Assembly (NCBI RefSeq): GCF_009914755.1
Contig: NC_060937.1
Reading direction: 5' to 3' (one strand)
Source of the DNA: the human T2T-CHM13v2.0 reference genome, Homo sapiens
Length of the DNA: 64,000 bases
The notes below the pieces were generated by a model, which did not search any database, was not told the DNA's origin, and worked only from the letters and a program-made list of their open reading frames with translations. Both the position numbers and the translations under genes were made by a program. Below, one piece after another: positions 16,529 through 32,746 of this stretch (within the stretch, counting starts at the first letter, position 1; each line of letters begins with the position of its first letter).

Positions 16529-17369
16529 GGGATTCTTTTTAATTCATTCTGTAAGCCTCCTCTCTGTCAAGCCAGTCCCTCTACGCTGCACCTTCTGGTT
16601 TCCCAGAATCATGGTGCTTGCATACTGAGGATGAGGAAGAGAGAAAACGATTTCTAATTCTCCCAGTTCCATTCTTACCAAGAGATATTCCTTCAGCTTC
16701 TCTCCATTATTTTCTACCTCTTCTCCAAGAAGAAATTTGAAAATTGGAAATGGGGCTTCAGGAATTGGAGCACAGGAGGATAATATTTTTTTTAAAGTCA
16801 CTTGATAGATACATTCACTCATCTAAATTTACCTGTTGTAATGGCAGCTGCACACTCAATTTCCTTTTAAAAATTCACAAATGTATGTGGGGCAATAATC
16901 GTAGGTCCACTGGCAGATGATCTGTTTTTACAAAGTGCGGGAGTCGCCATCTAAAACCTATAAACTGTCACAGTCTGTCATCATTGCAAAGATGTGGCCA
17001 TTATTTAAATTAGACTCTGAATGATTTCTTTCCTCTGTGATGGCTTTTCAGATGGTGATATGTCAGAAGCAGGCCACAATAAACTGGCAGTAAGCATTCA
17101 CAACGCATTAGTCCTGCCTATAATTTGGTGCTTTCAGGAAAGCATACCAGTGATATATAAAAGATTGCGTCTCTGTTTAGCCCTGCAAGAAAAAAAAATC
17201 CAAGGAAATATATTTGACATAATTACCTAAATACGAGCTGGGCATTATGGCTTCTGAAGGTAGAAAAAAAATTAATATACCTCACTTATTACCAGCTAGG
17301 ATAGATGCTTGCTAAGAAGTCTCTCTTGAATATGGGTGAAAACAATCCCTCATCTTGGTTTAGTATTCA

Positions 17370-18470
17370 ATATTTCATAAAGCCTTAAAATAATATAATC
17401 TCATTTGATTTTCATAATAATGCTATTAACATTATTATGATGAGTATGTAATCTCATTATTATTCTCATTTTATATATGAGAAAGCTGTGGCTCAGAAAA
17501 TTTTTGGTGACTCACTCAAGGTTACAATGGAGTTAGTAAATGATAGAACAACCTAAACCCAGGTCTTCTACCTTCAGAACTCCTACCCCTACTAAAGCTG
17601 CTGTGGAGTCTTATGGCTTTAACCTCTCGTTTGCATAATGAATTCATTTTGAAGTGTGTCCAAAAAATAAGCAGTCAAGTTCAAGAAACAGAACTTTAGT
17701 GCAGTGATTATCATGTTTCTCAAGCTACACATTAGAATCACCTAGGCAACATTACAAATTCTGATTCTCAAGCCACACTGCTGCCCAAATAAATCAGATT
17801 AACTGGTGTCAGTAGTTTTTTTGAACTCCTAAGGTATTACAACGTGTGGCCAAATGCACTATTTTTCTAAATTGATGGGCATTACAGTCCCCCTGAAAAG
17901 CTTGTCCAATAACAAATTGCCCATCCTACGCCAGAAGATTTGATTCATTAGATAGGGTAGAACTCTGGCTTGAATTTTTAAAAAGCTCTTCCATTGATTC
18001 TGATGCACAAAGTTTGAGAACATTTACCTTAGGGGTTAAGACTAACTTTTGAGTTAGATGAATCTGGATCTGACAGTTCTGCCGTTTACTAGCTGTGTGA
18101 CTCTAAACAAGTTATTTCACCTTTCTAAGCTTCAGTTTCCTCATCTATAAAGAGGAGATAATAGTAGTCCTTCTTTTTTACAGTTGTCTTAACAATTAAA
18201 TGATACAGTGCAGTGGTTCTCAAAGTGTGGTCCCTGGACCAGCAGCATCAGCATTACCTAGGATATTTTCAGAAACACAAAAACTATCAGGCTCCAGCCA
18301 CATCTACTGCATCAGAAACTCTGAGGGTAAGGTCTACCAGTACTTAGCAAGAAGCCATTCAAGGTGATTGTTATGCATACTAAAATTTAATCACTAATAT
18401 AATGCATATAAAGTGTTTAGACCAGTGCCTGGTATACAGAAAGTGCTCAAAAAATGTTAGATATTAGGTT
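17370..18470. mobile_element. Cluster of MIR elements with three nested MER5-type hAT elements (~17700-17860, ~17860-18025, ~18210-18395)
   Basis: MIR core tactagctgtgtgactctaaacaagttatttcacctttctaagcttcagtttcctcatctataaa and MER5A cagtggttctcaaagtgtggtccctggaccagcagcatcagcattacc. Confidence 0.65.
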
Positions 18471-18929
18471 GTGATTATCCACATCATTTTCATCATCTTC
18501 ATCTGTATGATTAGCTTGTAATGCATGGTAAAAAGAAACTCAAAAATCACAACTGGAAATAAAATTATAAAAGGAACAGGCTCAATGTCAAGATTACTGC
18601 TAAAATTCTCAACACAAATGGTCTTTGTCTTCATGAACCATTCAACATTCCTGGTAAATTGCGACCATCTGACTATATCATTTCCCTCTTCAAAAACCCA
18701 TCAATAGTTTTAACTGCCCACAGTTCGAAGTCTAAAGTCTGGCCTTAACTTCTTCACCAGACAGGTGTGTATATCTCTCTCCATTCCTGTATACATCCCT
18801 GGCTTTCTTCCAGGTCTTTGAATGAGTCATGCTCCTGTCTACCTCCTGATTCATGAGAATTGCCCTACTAAGAACTGTTATCTCTCAGAAAAGGAAAGGA
18901 TGCAAAAATTAGTCAAGAATTCATCCAGT

Positions 18930-19350
18930 AGTTAGTTAAAATAACCTACCGAGTTCATACTATGTGCCTACTATATTCCCAGAGAAGTGCTGGGGCTTTG
19001 TAGATGAATGAAACAGATCTCATCCCTAACTGAATAGAGTCTAATGAGAGAAAAGCAGACATTAAACAAATGCTCACAAATAATTAAATGGCTACATGTG
19101 TGCAACATTCCACAAAAGCAAGTACAAGGTACTAAGAAAGACTCTAATGGAGTCCACAACCTGGTGTGCCGGACAGCAGATGATGTGAGCTAAGGGAAGT
19201 CTCCTGAGAAAATGATGTTTAGCCTGAGGTTGAAGATGTGTAGAAACTACACAAGACGAAAGAGAATAGGGCAGAGAGATTATGAGCATCCCAGGTAGAG
19301 AGAATAATAAGTACAGAGGTCCACAGGTGGGAAAGAGAATGGTGCTTCAA
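18930..19350 (-). mobile_element. L2 fragment
   Basis: ctactatattcccagagaagtgctgggg...catcccaggtagagagaataataagtacagaggtcc. Confidence 0.55.
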
Positions 19351-20749
19351 AGATGGTTTATCTGGGACAAGTCTGAGTTGATAAACACCTGTCCACTCAA
19401 CCTCTATCACCAACATCAGAATGAAGGGTGGATACTTAAACCAATATTAGCTTGATTCTCTGTGTTTGTTTAAGAACCCAAGAAAGTATTAGGCCACGTT
19501 GCTGAAACTTTGAGAAACTAAGTGAATTGGTCATAAGCAAAATCTAAAGTCTTTGGAGCATTTTGGAGTCCATTTGGAATTCAGATCTCATCAAAAATCA
19601 TCAAAACTGAGTCCAAATGACTGGTGAAGAAATGTGATGAAAAGTTAGAAGAAATTATATTATTTTTGCCTTCAGGAAAGAAAGATGAAAAGCAATTTTA
19701 TACTGGTCCTCTGTATTTGAAAGGCTTTTATATATAAGAAGATGATCTGTTTTTCTTCATCTTCATGGAGAACAGAGGAAAAAGAAATGTGTTTAAACGC
19801 AGTATTAAAAATATAGATTGATATAAAACAATTTCTTGACAATAAAGAGAATTAAGTTTCAGGGATGTTACAAGGGGAGACTTAAGTAGTTTCCCTAAGG
19901 CATTTCCAAATAAGCTAGATCCTCCTATACTGGGATATTTTACCTGGAAGCAGAATGGTGAGCTACTAAATTCCTTCAAGTAGTTTGCTAACCTGTGAAG
20001 TCCATTCCAAAGAAGGCAAAGACCAATGCAAATAAATTGAAACAACAGTGTCATCTAGTGGAAAGTTCAGTCATACCACTCAATATACCAATCTGATTGA
20101 ATCCCTATATACTTTAAATATGAAAACTAATTAATTTTTAAAAACCAGATGTAAATTTGTTTCAAGATTTTATTTTCCCATTTATGCCTCAACCACATAC
20201 ACTAAAAAGAACCCCCAAATCATCAGGCTAATTGATAACTGAACCCTCTAGAGGGAACTAAGAAATTATAAGTACTTTGGTAGTCATAGTTTAAAGGGTA
20301 GACCCAACCGAATTCGAATGTTTTAATTAAATTCTTAATAGCCACACTCCTGATGTACGTCTTGGGCTTTCCAGATTTGAAGCCAAGTCTAAATGCTGAA
20401 ATGAGAAGTGATTGCTTGTTAGGAGTCATGGAAAGCTAAAATGACTGACAGGCGTTTTTAGCTGCCCTCCTCCTGGTGCTTCTAGGTGACCCCTCTCAGA
20501 CATAGTCTTACAGGAGACATCTCATTGTTTCAAAAGGAGACATCCCATTGTTTAGATGGATCCAAAAATCCAGTTTGTCAGCAGAGTCAGAAATACGTAT
20601 ATTCACAAGCAGTACTTCATGCCAATAAAATGTACATGGGACAGACAGGGTTCTTACGGGAATTGAATGAGATAACATATATGACTTATGTATGGAAACT
20701 TCAAGTGTCAGTTACTTGAGATCCAAGTCTACTCTTTATTCTGTGCTCT

Positions 20750-21415
20750 GTGAAAATGTATTTTTCCTTTGCAGTTTGCATGATGATAAAATTTGAACTT
20801 TGTCAGGTGAGGGTGCTGGAGGGACCCTGCAGGAGGAAGCAGTTGTGCTTCCTGGTTTTGTGATAGCCCTCTGGACAGGCTGCTTCAGCCTGTGCAGCTT
20901 CTGCAGCACCCAGCACCTACAGCAAAGGCAGCTTTTCCAGCACAGGCTCCTGCATCGCTAGCTGGCCAGAAGTCCAAGGCAGCTCCCATGCACGGCTTTG
21001 CTCCACACTCTTTCAGAGAGCTTTTCAGTGATGTGCCTCAGGCCTGGTACCTTCCCAAACATGGCTTCCCTGGAATGCTTTTTGAGGGCTTCACAGCCTC
21101 AGCAAACTTCTCTGCCATTCAGGGAGCCACAGCCATGCCCTCACCAATAAAGTCTGGATCTCAGCCTTGGTACGAGGTTTGAGAGCAGGGAGACCGGCTT
21201 TTTCAGATGTGTTCCTTCCTTGGGTTCTCTCTTTCAGCTCTTAGTGGCTACACCCTGTATCTGTCATTCCTGCATTCTTTAAAGTTATTTTCACTCCTTA
21301 CTAGCCAATCCCCAGGCCTCCAATTCCATATTACAGTTATAAATCTTTATATTAAATATTCCCTGTTCAAATTACTGTGTTGTTTATGTCTCCTGATTGG
21401 ACCCTGATTGATACA
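20750..21415 (+). mobile_element. Old ERVL-class solo LTR (LTR33/LTR16-like)
   Basis: Characteristic 3' terminus tgtctcctgattggaccctgattgataca. The 5' boundary is approximate. Confidence 0.55.
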
Positions 21416-21436
21416 CCATACAATAAATGGTAGCTA

Positions 21437-21600
21437 GGGACAGATCCAAGTTTTATGGGATCTGAGTTTTACAGAATTTGGGGGAGTTCCCCTTCAAAAG
21501 GAATATATGAAATTATTAATACAGAATTACACACAGAATCTTGGAAGATCTTCATGCAAATGACAGACCCTGAAACATTGGCTTTACAGCAAACCCACCA
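21437..21600. mobile_element. MER53-like hAT element
   Basis: gggacagatccaagttttatgggatctgagttttacagaatttggggg. Confidence 0.5.
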
Positions 21601-22415
21601 CAGATGACAGCTACTGTTTTGATTAGAAGATGTGAAAGACACGTGTCTCATATCAGTTTACTTTCTTCCTTGATATCATGGTATTTGGGAAACAGAATTC
21701 ATCATCAGAGAGGTAGTGTTTTGAGGAATCACTTATCAAGGAATATCAAAACCTGGATAATAGTCGCTGTTCTTGTGCCTTTCACATGCCCTCCCTCCAC
21801 CCCACCCACCCCCACACACATCCTTTGGCTCCTTGTTGAGTCTCTTCTGACTCTTTAAGGATCCTTTAAAAGGTACTTTGCTTTTCCATTGCTTTCCTGC
21901 CTGCCTGCCTGGGCACAACTAATTGCTTCCTTACGTATGTGCAAATAAAGCTTCAAATATATAGTATTTTATTATGGATTCACCAAACTGAAATATAGAT
22001 ATTTATCTGTGTGTCTCTCTCTCCTAGTGCAGGGCACACATCAAATATTCAGGTAATGCTGTATGAATTTAATTGAATTAAATGATGCAAATTTCAAACA
22101 TGCTTGAAATTAGTCAGTGTCCTTCAAGTCACACTTTGTGGGTGATTGATTATCCCATTTATTCAAAGCTCTGACAATGAAATTATTAATACAAAATAAG
22201 GTACTGTCTCCCAAGCTGAGTTCCATAGACACTAATCCTAGATTGCACAATGCATGTTTTAATCTAATAAAATAGGTTCCCCCAAACAAAAAGAGATGAC
22301 ACAATCTGAGTGAAAGAGAAAATAGATATCAGACAACCGAACACATCTATAAAATGTTTAAAAATGGCATTCACTTAAGTGATATTAACATAGAAGTTGC
22401 ACCCGCAATGAGTCA

Positions 22416-22968
<553 letters not shown>

Positions 22969-23017
22969 CTATCAAGGGCTAATAGCCCCAAATTTTTTAA
23001 TGATACTGCTTAATTAT

Positions 23018-23352
23018 TGCTATGGTTTGCATGTGTCCCCCCAGATTTATATGTTGATGGGAGGTGGGGTCTCTGGGAGGTAATTAGAGTTAGAAAAGGT
23101 CTTCAGGGTAGGACCTCCATGATGGGACTGGTGGCTTTATAAGAAGCAGCAGCTAACACACATGCTCTTGCCCTCTGACCATGTGATGGTCTCCACCAGG
23201 TTAGGACACAGCAAGAAAGCCCTCACCAGTTGCCAGCACTATGCTCTTGGACTTCCTGGCCTCCAGAACTGTAAGAAATAAATTTCTTCTTCATAAATTA
23301 TTCAGCCTATGGTATTCTGTTATAGCAACAGAAAAGAAAACAGACTAAGACA
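23018..23352 (+). mobile_element. MST-family MaLR solo LTR
   Basis: tgctatggtttgcatgtgtccccc...cagactaagaca termini and a 5-bp TSD attat/attac. Confidence 0.85.
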
Positions 23353-23437
23353 ATTACTTTATCAAATACTAGTGCTCCAAAATGTTAAGATTTCTTCCAT
23401 CCATTCATCAATTAATCCAGCCAGCCAACCAATGTAA

Positions 23438-23884
<447 letters not shown>

Positions 23885-24939
23885 TGAATAGATTAGGATT
23901 CAATCAAGTTACACAGATTTCTTTCAGTGACACACAAACATCTGAGATCATGACAGATAAATCTGATTTTTGGTCCATCATGAATGGAGGTACTCAGAAT
24001 GTTTCCATGATTCCATTTCTCCTCCATCAGCCTATCAGACCAAAATGTTATAGATCTACTTCCTTTCCTACAATAATCATCGTTTCTAGTCAGAGCCAGA
24101 GTATAAGGCTAGAGAAAGAAATGAGGAGCTGGAGAACACTAAGACATTTCCTTTCCTTTAGTTCCCCAGAGCCCCCAGACTGGCCCAACATATGGGCTTT
24201 GGGGTGGGGATGGCACCTGGGGGATATAGCTTGGGAGTTCCTATCCAGGGATTTCCTTAGCCCTTAGTAGAAATCTCTTAGAACAAAAATAGACATTTTC
24301 CTAATTCATTGTGCCCAGGCACCAAGGAAAAAATAAATTGCTAAATGCTATAAATTGGTTTAGATATGAGATCCAGAAAGATATCATAGGAATCTGCAGT
24401 CCCTCTGTGGCTGTATTTAAGGTTTTCTTCATCATAACTTTTGAACAGTGTAAGTTAATAGAGACCAGAAGAATTCTAACTTTTCTATCTTCTCTCCTCC
24501 TCTCTCCTCATTCATCCCCCAAACTTCTGATTCCCCTAATCTTTACACATTCTTCCCTTTCTATTTCCTAAATTGCTTATCTCAGAAGAACCAATATGAA
24601 AAGCACTCTTAACTTGAACAAAGGCAAACAAACAAACACACTGCCAGACTCTGCAAGATTTGGAGATGATGAAATGTAGATAAACCTGGGACTAGCTCAC
24701 TGCTCCAAGGAAGGCTACAGTAGCCTGGCAAAGTCATTGAAATAACCAATTTTGCAGTCAGACCATGCAGCATTTGAGCCCCAACTTCCTCACTTACTAG
24801 CTGTGTCATTTAATTTTTCTCATTTGTAAAATATTAATAAAATTATACTTTCTTTCATAGAATTATTGCAAAAATTAAATAAGTTAACGTATGTTTAAAA
24901 TGCATTAATAAGTTATCCATAAGCAATAGCTCCTTTTGT

Positions 24940-25256
24940 TATTATTATTATTATTATTTATTTGTTCATTTATTAGAGACAGAGTCTCACTCTGTCACCC
25001 AGGCTGGAGTGCAGTGGCGCGATCTCGGCTTATGGCAACCTCCGCCTCCTGGGTTCAAGTGATTCTCCTGCTTCAGCCTCCTGAGTAGCTGGGATTACAG
25101 GTGCGCGCCACCACGCCTGGCTAATTTTTTGTATTTTTAGTAGCGACAGGGTTTCACCATGTTGGTCAGGCTGGTCTCAAATTCCTGACCTCGTGATCCA
25201 CCTGCCTTGGCCTCCCAAAGTGCGGGGATTACAGCCATAAGCCACCGCGCCCGGCC
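24940..25256 (-). mobile_element. AluS (Sg-like), preceded by a MIR at ~24720-24930
   Basis: cctgacctcgtgatcc and a (TTA)n-derived tail. Confidence 0.88.
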
Positions 25257-26224
25257 ATTAGTTATTATGTTTATTATTCCTTCACTCTTTCAACTTTCAT
25301 ATCAATTAGAACTGATGAATTTATACCATTTTCAAGAAGTCAGATAGGCATAACAGAAAGATTTACAGGGAGATGTTCTTGGTAAATCTCACTGGGAACA
25401 TTTTCTTATTTTCACATTTTACTTCAATTACAGGGTAACTGTTCATGGATCAGATCATCCTGTGTCTTCTCATAGTTGCACAGCAACCAGCTGCTACAAA
25501 TAGTCACAGTAGTGGCAGAAGCGACCCTGTCTAGATGTGGGGCAAACTAGAAACCTCATATAATTTACAACTGAATTTAATGAAGCTGCATTTATGACTC
25601 ATGAATCTCTTCTGTTTCTGTGGTTTGGATTTAGGGAAAGAGTATATTTGCCAATTTGTGTGTGTGTGGTTGTTGATGGTAATTATTTGAGACAGCACAG
25701 TGTATAGAGAGTAGGTCAAAGCTTGGTGCAAGAAGGGGTCCAGGATGGAAAACACAGCTTCATAATTTGTAGCTGATGTGACCACTTAGGCACAAACAAT
25801 AAACACTCTCATTATGTCATTTGAATTCTCTTTTATTTTGATGCCTTCTTTATGTGCCTGTGGTCAGCTTACAGACTTAATTCTAACCAAAACCTAGAAA
25901 AACCTTTTGTACAGCTTTCTGCCTTATAACATGAGCAACTAAACCAGTTCACTGTCAAGTATTCTAGTAAAGGCCACTGGTGGAATGGAAGGCAGAATTA
26001 AGAGTAGTGTCAAACTTTTTTTCTGAGAATGTCAAGCATACTGATTTGGCCCTTTTAGTGAATGAAGTGGGGATTCTCTAATTATCCAGAAGTCTATAGT
26101 AAGGTTATATAACAGACAGATCCAAAAATTAATACTAGGTAACAGAACCAACCAATCTAATATAATCTTTCTCCTCCTTCACCTTGGGCTTCTGGAGGGA
26201 ACAACTGTTGCTTACTGAATTTCT

Positions 26225-26536
26225 TCACCCATTTGGACTGTTATAACTAAACTTTAGACTGGTTATTTTATAAACAACCAAAGTTCTGGAAGTCCAAGAT
26301 CAAGGTTTTGGCAGATTTGATGTCTGGTTATGGCACCTCATAGATGGCACCTTCTGTGCAAAAAGAAGCTAACAAGCCCCCTCAGGCCTCTCTGATAAGG
26401 GCACTAATCTCATTCATGAGGGCTGTGACTTCATGACCTAATCACCTCCAAAGGCCCCATCTCCTAATACCTTCACCATGGGGGTTAGGTTTTAACATAT
26501 AAATGATGGGAGAACACAAACATTCAGATCATACCA
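26225..26536 (-). mobile_element. MLT1A-like MaLR solo LTR
   Basis: gaagtccaagatcaagg...ataagggcactaatctcattcatgagggc...acattcagatcatacca. Confidence 0.75.
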
Positions 26537-27682
26537 AATGGATGAGCATGTACAAAACCGAAAGTTGCAGAAAGGCTAAGGTGATCTACGAATCACAAAC
26601 TGAATAGCTTCTCACTCAGAGTGTGTTGGGGAAAGTTTGGTAGATGGCTGTGAATGAAAGACCCCAGCTGTAGCAAAATGAAAGTAGAAACGTACAAGGA
26701 TTTAAGGAGGGGGGTTGTATTTCATAAATTGGATCTTCTTTTTCCTTGAAATTTCTGTAACATTGATTGTGGATTTTGAAAGCTGTCAGAAAGTGAGGAC
26801 GGACAGGAGTCTAGAATTTGTATTTGGGCTTGTACTTGGGTTCTACTGACCAAAGTAGAAAATCATCACAATTTCAACAGAAGTATGACTTTGTATCTAT
26901 CCAACAAATTATGTCATTTGACCCGTGGTACATATATTCTCTACTCTTTCCTGAGAGGCATTGAACTATCTTAAAATATTAGTTTTCAAATGTTGCTATA
27001 TGATCTAGGGGCCAAAACACATCTACAATGTATGGAGCATAGAAATTCTGTTTAAAAAGTAATATATTTAATATACATTGCTTATCTAGATAATCTCTGG
27101 ATATGTTTAATTTACCATATATTAGACGATGTAGCCTATGCATTAGTTTACTGAATAATGAAGGAAATCTCAAATACAATATAATCTTTTGAGGTACCGA
27201 TTTTAGGGAATAGAAAACAGCTGATTATGTTATATTATTTTTCAGTAGGTAGTTGAATATTGTAAGTCATTTGATTATACTTGAAGAATGTATGAAACTA
27301 CATAAATATAAAAACATTAATACATTTTGGTTTACTTGAATAGTCATTGAAAATTATGCATACAGATACTTTAGAGATCTTTAATGACATAAATACATCA
27401 TGATGTTAATATCAGATACAGAATTGTATTTATGTCTATATCTATTTTGTAACGTATGGAAATGATGACAAAAGAAATATATAAACATATTATTGATAAT
27501 TTGTAGATAGTAGAAGTCATGTAAATTTTCTTAAACTTTTCAGGACTTCATAAGTAATCTCCTATACTGACTTTTACATTTGGAAAAACATAAACAAGCA
27601 TTAGTTTTTTAAATGAAGAAATAATAAGCAAAGTGGTTTGGACTAAAAGATATTAGTCAATTTAAGCCTGAAATTCTTTTAG

Positions 27683-28018
<336 letters not shown>

Positions 28019-28727
28019 TAAATTTTATTAATTTAATTAAGAGGCTTTCCTGATCTCACAAGGTTAGGTTAGGTGGCCCTCCTCTTTGCTTTACTATCAT
28101 TGCCTAACTGATCTAGCAGGATGCATTGTCACTATGTTGTATGGCCTCTTCTTGTCTATCTTCTCTATAGGACTGTATTCTCAGCACTTAGAACACTGGC
28201 TGGAACACAGTAGGTTTTTAATAAATGTTTGTGAATTAATAAAAAATTTATTCTGCAATTTACCTCACCAGTGAATGTGTATTCTATTTATGATTTCCTA
28301 TATAAATAAAGCATGCATCTCCCACTCGAGGGGAACACAGATGCTGTACAGCACAATGTCAATAGAAAAAGACATTTTATTAGATATGGGCTTTTCTCTG
28401 TTTACCAACTTTTATTCATTCATAGAATGACCATCAGCATCATCCATATGACAGAAATTTAGTATTGTAGATTCATGAAAGCAACATTTTAGAGGTAAGC
28501 ATTCATAGAAATTCATTTGATGATCCAAAGCCTTTCTTTATCATTTCAGATTATATGTTTTTTACCAAAAAATAGAATTTCAAGACAAAATTTATTTTGT
28601 AGTTAGATTTTTTCAAAAGGACATATCATTCTTCCATCTTCACCACTCCAACAATGAAAAGCAAGACTAAAATTAAAATGCAGCAACTATATGCCAATAG
28701 TCAGAAGGAAGAGGGGAAAATGACTGA

Positions 28728-29081
<354 letters not shown>

Positions 29082-29344
29082 TAACCATATAGTTTCATGT
29101 ATTACTGACTTGTATTACTCAGAGGGGAAAAAAAAAAGGCTGGTAAAATATATTTATTTGGCCGATTCCTTGTACTGGCATTTTTTTAAAAATAAAAGTA
29201 AATTATGAGATGAAGATGAATTATGAATTATCATAGTTAGACTGAAAGTCAAACCATAATTTTCCTTCCTTGTGCCTTACATGATTTATCTGAAGTTTTG
29301 GAAAATTATTTATTGCAGAAATCATACAACTGAATGAAGCCTTA

Positions 29345-29698
<354 letters not shown>

Positions 29699-29944
29699 CT
29701 AAAAAGTTTGATGACTTGCCCAGGTCAACAAGAAGTAAGTGCAGGAGCGGGAATTCACCCTGGCTCTACATGGAGACATCCTGTGCTCCTAACACTAAGG
29801 GCTACATGGTCTCCTGGCCCTCCTCCCAAGGAGCTGCAGCAAGCTAAAGCTACCCGAAAGCCCCACAGAAAAAAATTCTATATAATGTGACTTCATCCAT
29901 TGTCTCCCAAATTTATTTGGTCATAGAACCTGTTTACCTGTTAG

Positions 29945-31450
29945 TGAGAGGTGACAGCGTGCTGGCAGTCCTCAGAGCCCTCGCTTGTTCTCGGCACCTC
30001 CCCTGCCTGGGCTCCCACTTTGGTGGCATTTCAGGAGCCCTTCAGCCCTGCACTGCACTGTGGGAGCCCCTTTCTGGGCTGGCCAAGGCCGGAGCCCACT
30101 CCCTCAGCTTGCCGGGAGGTGTGGAGGGAGAGGCACGAGCGGGAACCGGGGCTGCGTGCGGCGCTTGCGGGCCAGCTGGAGTTCCGGGTGGGCGTGTGCT
30201 TGGCGGGCCCTGCACTCGGAGCAGCCAGCCAGCCCTGCTGGCCCCGGACAATGAGGGACTTAGCAACCGGGCCAGCGGCTGCGGAGGGTGTACTGGGTCC
30301 CCCAGCAGTGCCGGCCCACCGGTGCTGCGCTCGATTTCTCACAGAGCCTTAGCTGCCTTCCCGCGGGGCAGGGCTCAGGACCTGCAGCCCGCCATGCCTG
30401 AGCCTCCCACCCTCTCCATGGGCTCCTGTGCAGCCCGAGTCTCCCCGACAAGCACCATCCCCTGCTCCACAGCGCCCAGTCCCATCGACCACCCAAGGGC
30501 TGAGGAATGAGAGCGCATGGCGCGGGACTGGCAGGCAGCTCCACCTGCAGCCCCAGTATGGGATCCACTAGGTGAAGCCAGCTGGGCTCCTGAGTCTGGT
30601 GGGGATGTGGAGAGTCTTTATGTCTAGCTCAAGGTTTGTAAATACACCAATCAGCACCCTGTGTTTAGCTCAAGGTTTGTGAGTGCACCAATCCACACTC
30701 TGTATCTAGCTGCTCTGGTGAGGACGTGGAGAGTCTTTATATCTAGCTCAGGGATTGTAAATACACCAATCAGCACCCTGTGTTTATCAAGGTTTGTGAA
30801 TGCACCAGTCGACACTCTGTATCTAGCTGCTCTGGTGGGGCCTTGGAGAACCTGTGTGTCCAAACTCTGTATCTAACTAATCTGATGGGGACGTGGAGAA
30901 CCTTTGTATCTAGCTCAGGGATTGTAAACGCACCAATCAGCACCCTGACAAAACAGGCCACTCGGCTCTACCAATCAGCAGGATGTGGGTGGGGCCAGAT
31001 AAGAGAATAAAAGCAGGCTGCCCGAGCCAGCATTGGCAACCCGCTGGGGTCCCCTTCCACACTGTGGAAACTTTGGTCTTTTGCTCTTTGCAATAAATCT
31101 TGCTACTGCTCACTCTTTGGGTCCACGCTGCTTTTATGAGCTGTAACACTCACTGCGAAGATCTGCAGTTTCACTGCTGAGCCCAGCGAGACCACGAGCC
31201 CACCAGGAGGAACGAAGAACTCCAGACGCGCTGCCTTAAGAGCTGTAACACTCACTGCGAAGGTCTGCTGCTTCACTCCTGAGCCAGCGAGACCACGAAC
31301 CCACCAGAAGGAAGAAACTGCAAACACATCTGAACATCAGAAGGGACAGACTCCAGACGCGCCACCTTAACAGCTGTGACACTCACCGCGAGGGTCCGCG
31401 GCTTCATTCTTGAAGTCAGTGAGACCAAGAACCCAGCAATTCCGGACACA
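29945..31450 (+). mobile_element. LTR12C (ERV9) solo LTR, full length
   Basis: TGAGAGGTGACAGCGTGCTGGCAG...CCGGACACA termini and a perfect 4-bp TSD ttag (29941-29944 / 31451-31454). CpG-rich U3, tandem enhancer repeats and U5 tandem repeats. Confidence 0.95.
30600..31050 (+). promoter_or_regulatory. LTR12C enhancer/promoter: five CCAAT boxes, GATA motif and AATAAA TATA-equivalent
   Basis: CCAAT at 30647, 30688, 30766, 30933 and 30971. AGATAA at ~30997 and AATAAA at 31006-31011, the usual ERV9 promoter layout. Confidence 0.75.
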
Positions 31451-31807
31451 TTAGCACTGATAAGTGTTCTCTATGAAAACACTTTGAGAAAGTCCAAGGC
31501 AATACAATTATCCTCACTACAGAGCCATGTGAACTAGGTCTCCCAGATGCTGCCAACAATTCACATGGTAATCAATCCAAACGTGCAATGGGTAAACCAA
31601 TTCTTTCTCGTAACTTTCCATGTACACAAATAAGCTTGGTCTGGTGACAAACCAGCTTAATAAAATGCCCACAAAAGAATGAGAGATTTCTCATGCTATC
31701 TAACTCTACCTGCCACGGGAAAAGTTAACCTGCACAGTGAAACAGTGCATGGCTTTCCGTCATCCCTTGTGCTAAACAAAATTAGCATAGCCTCACAGAA
31801 AGTGGTG

Positions 31808-32746
<939 letters not shown>

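Noticed and set aside
29887-31327. Many overlapping GC-rich ORFs (up to 207 aa)
   Set aside because: All lie within LTR12C and are expected from its GC-rich composition.
30600-31430. Repeat-spacer-like periodicity suggestive of a CRISPR-type array
   Set aside because: These are the standard LTR12 U3 enhancer and U5 tandem repeats. The units are homologous throughout, with no unique spacers and no cas genes, in eukaryotic DNA.
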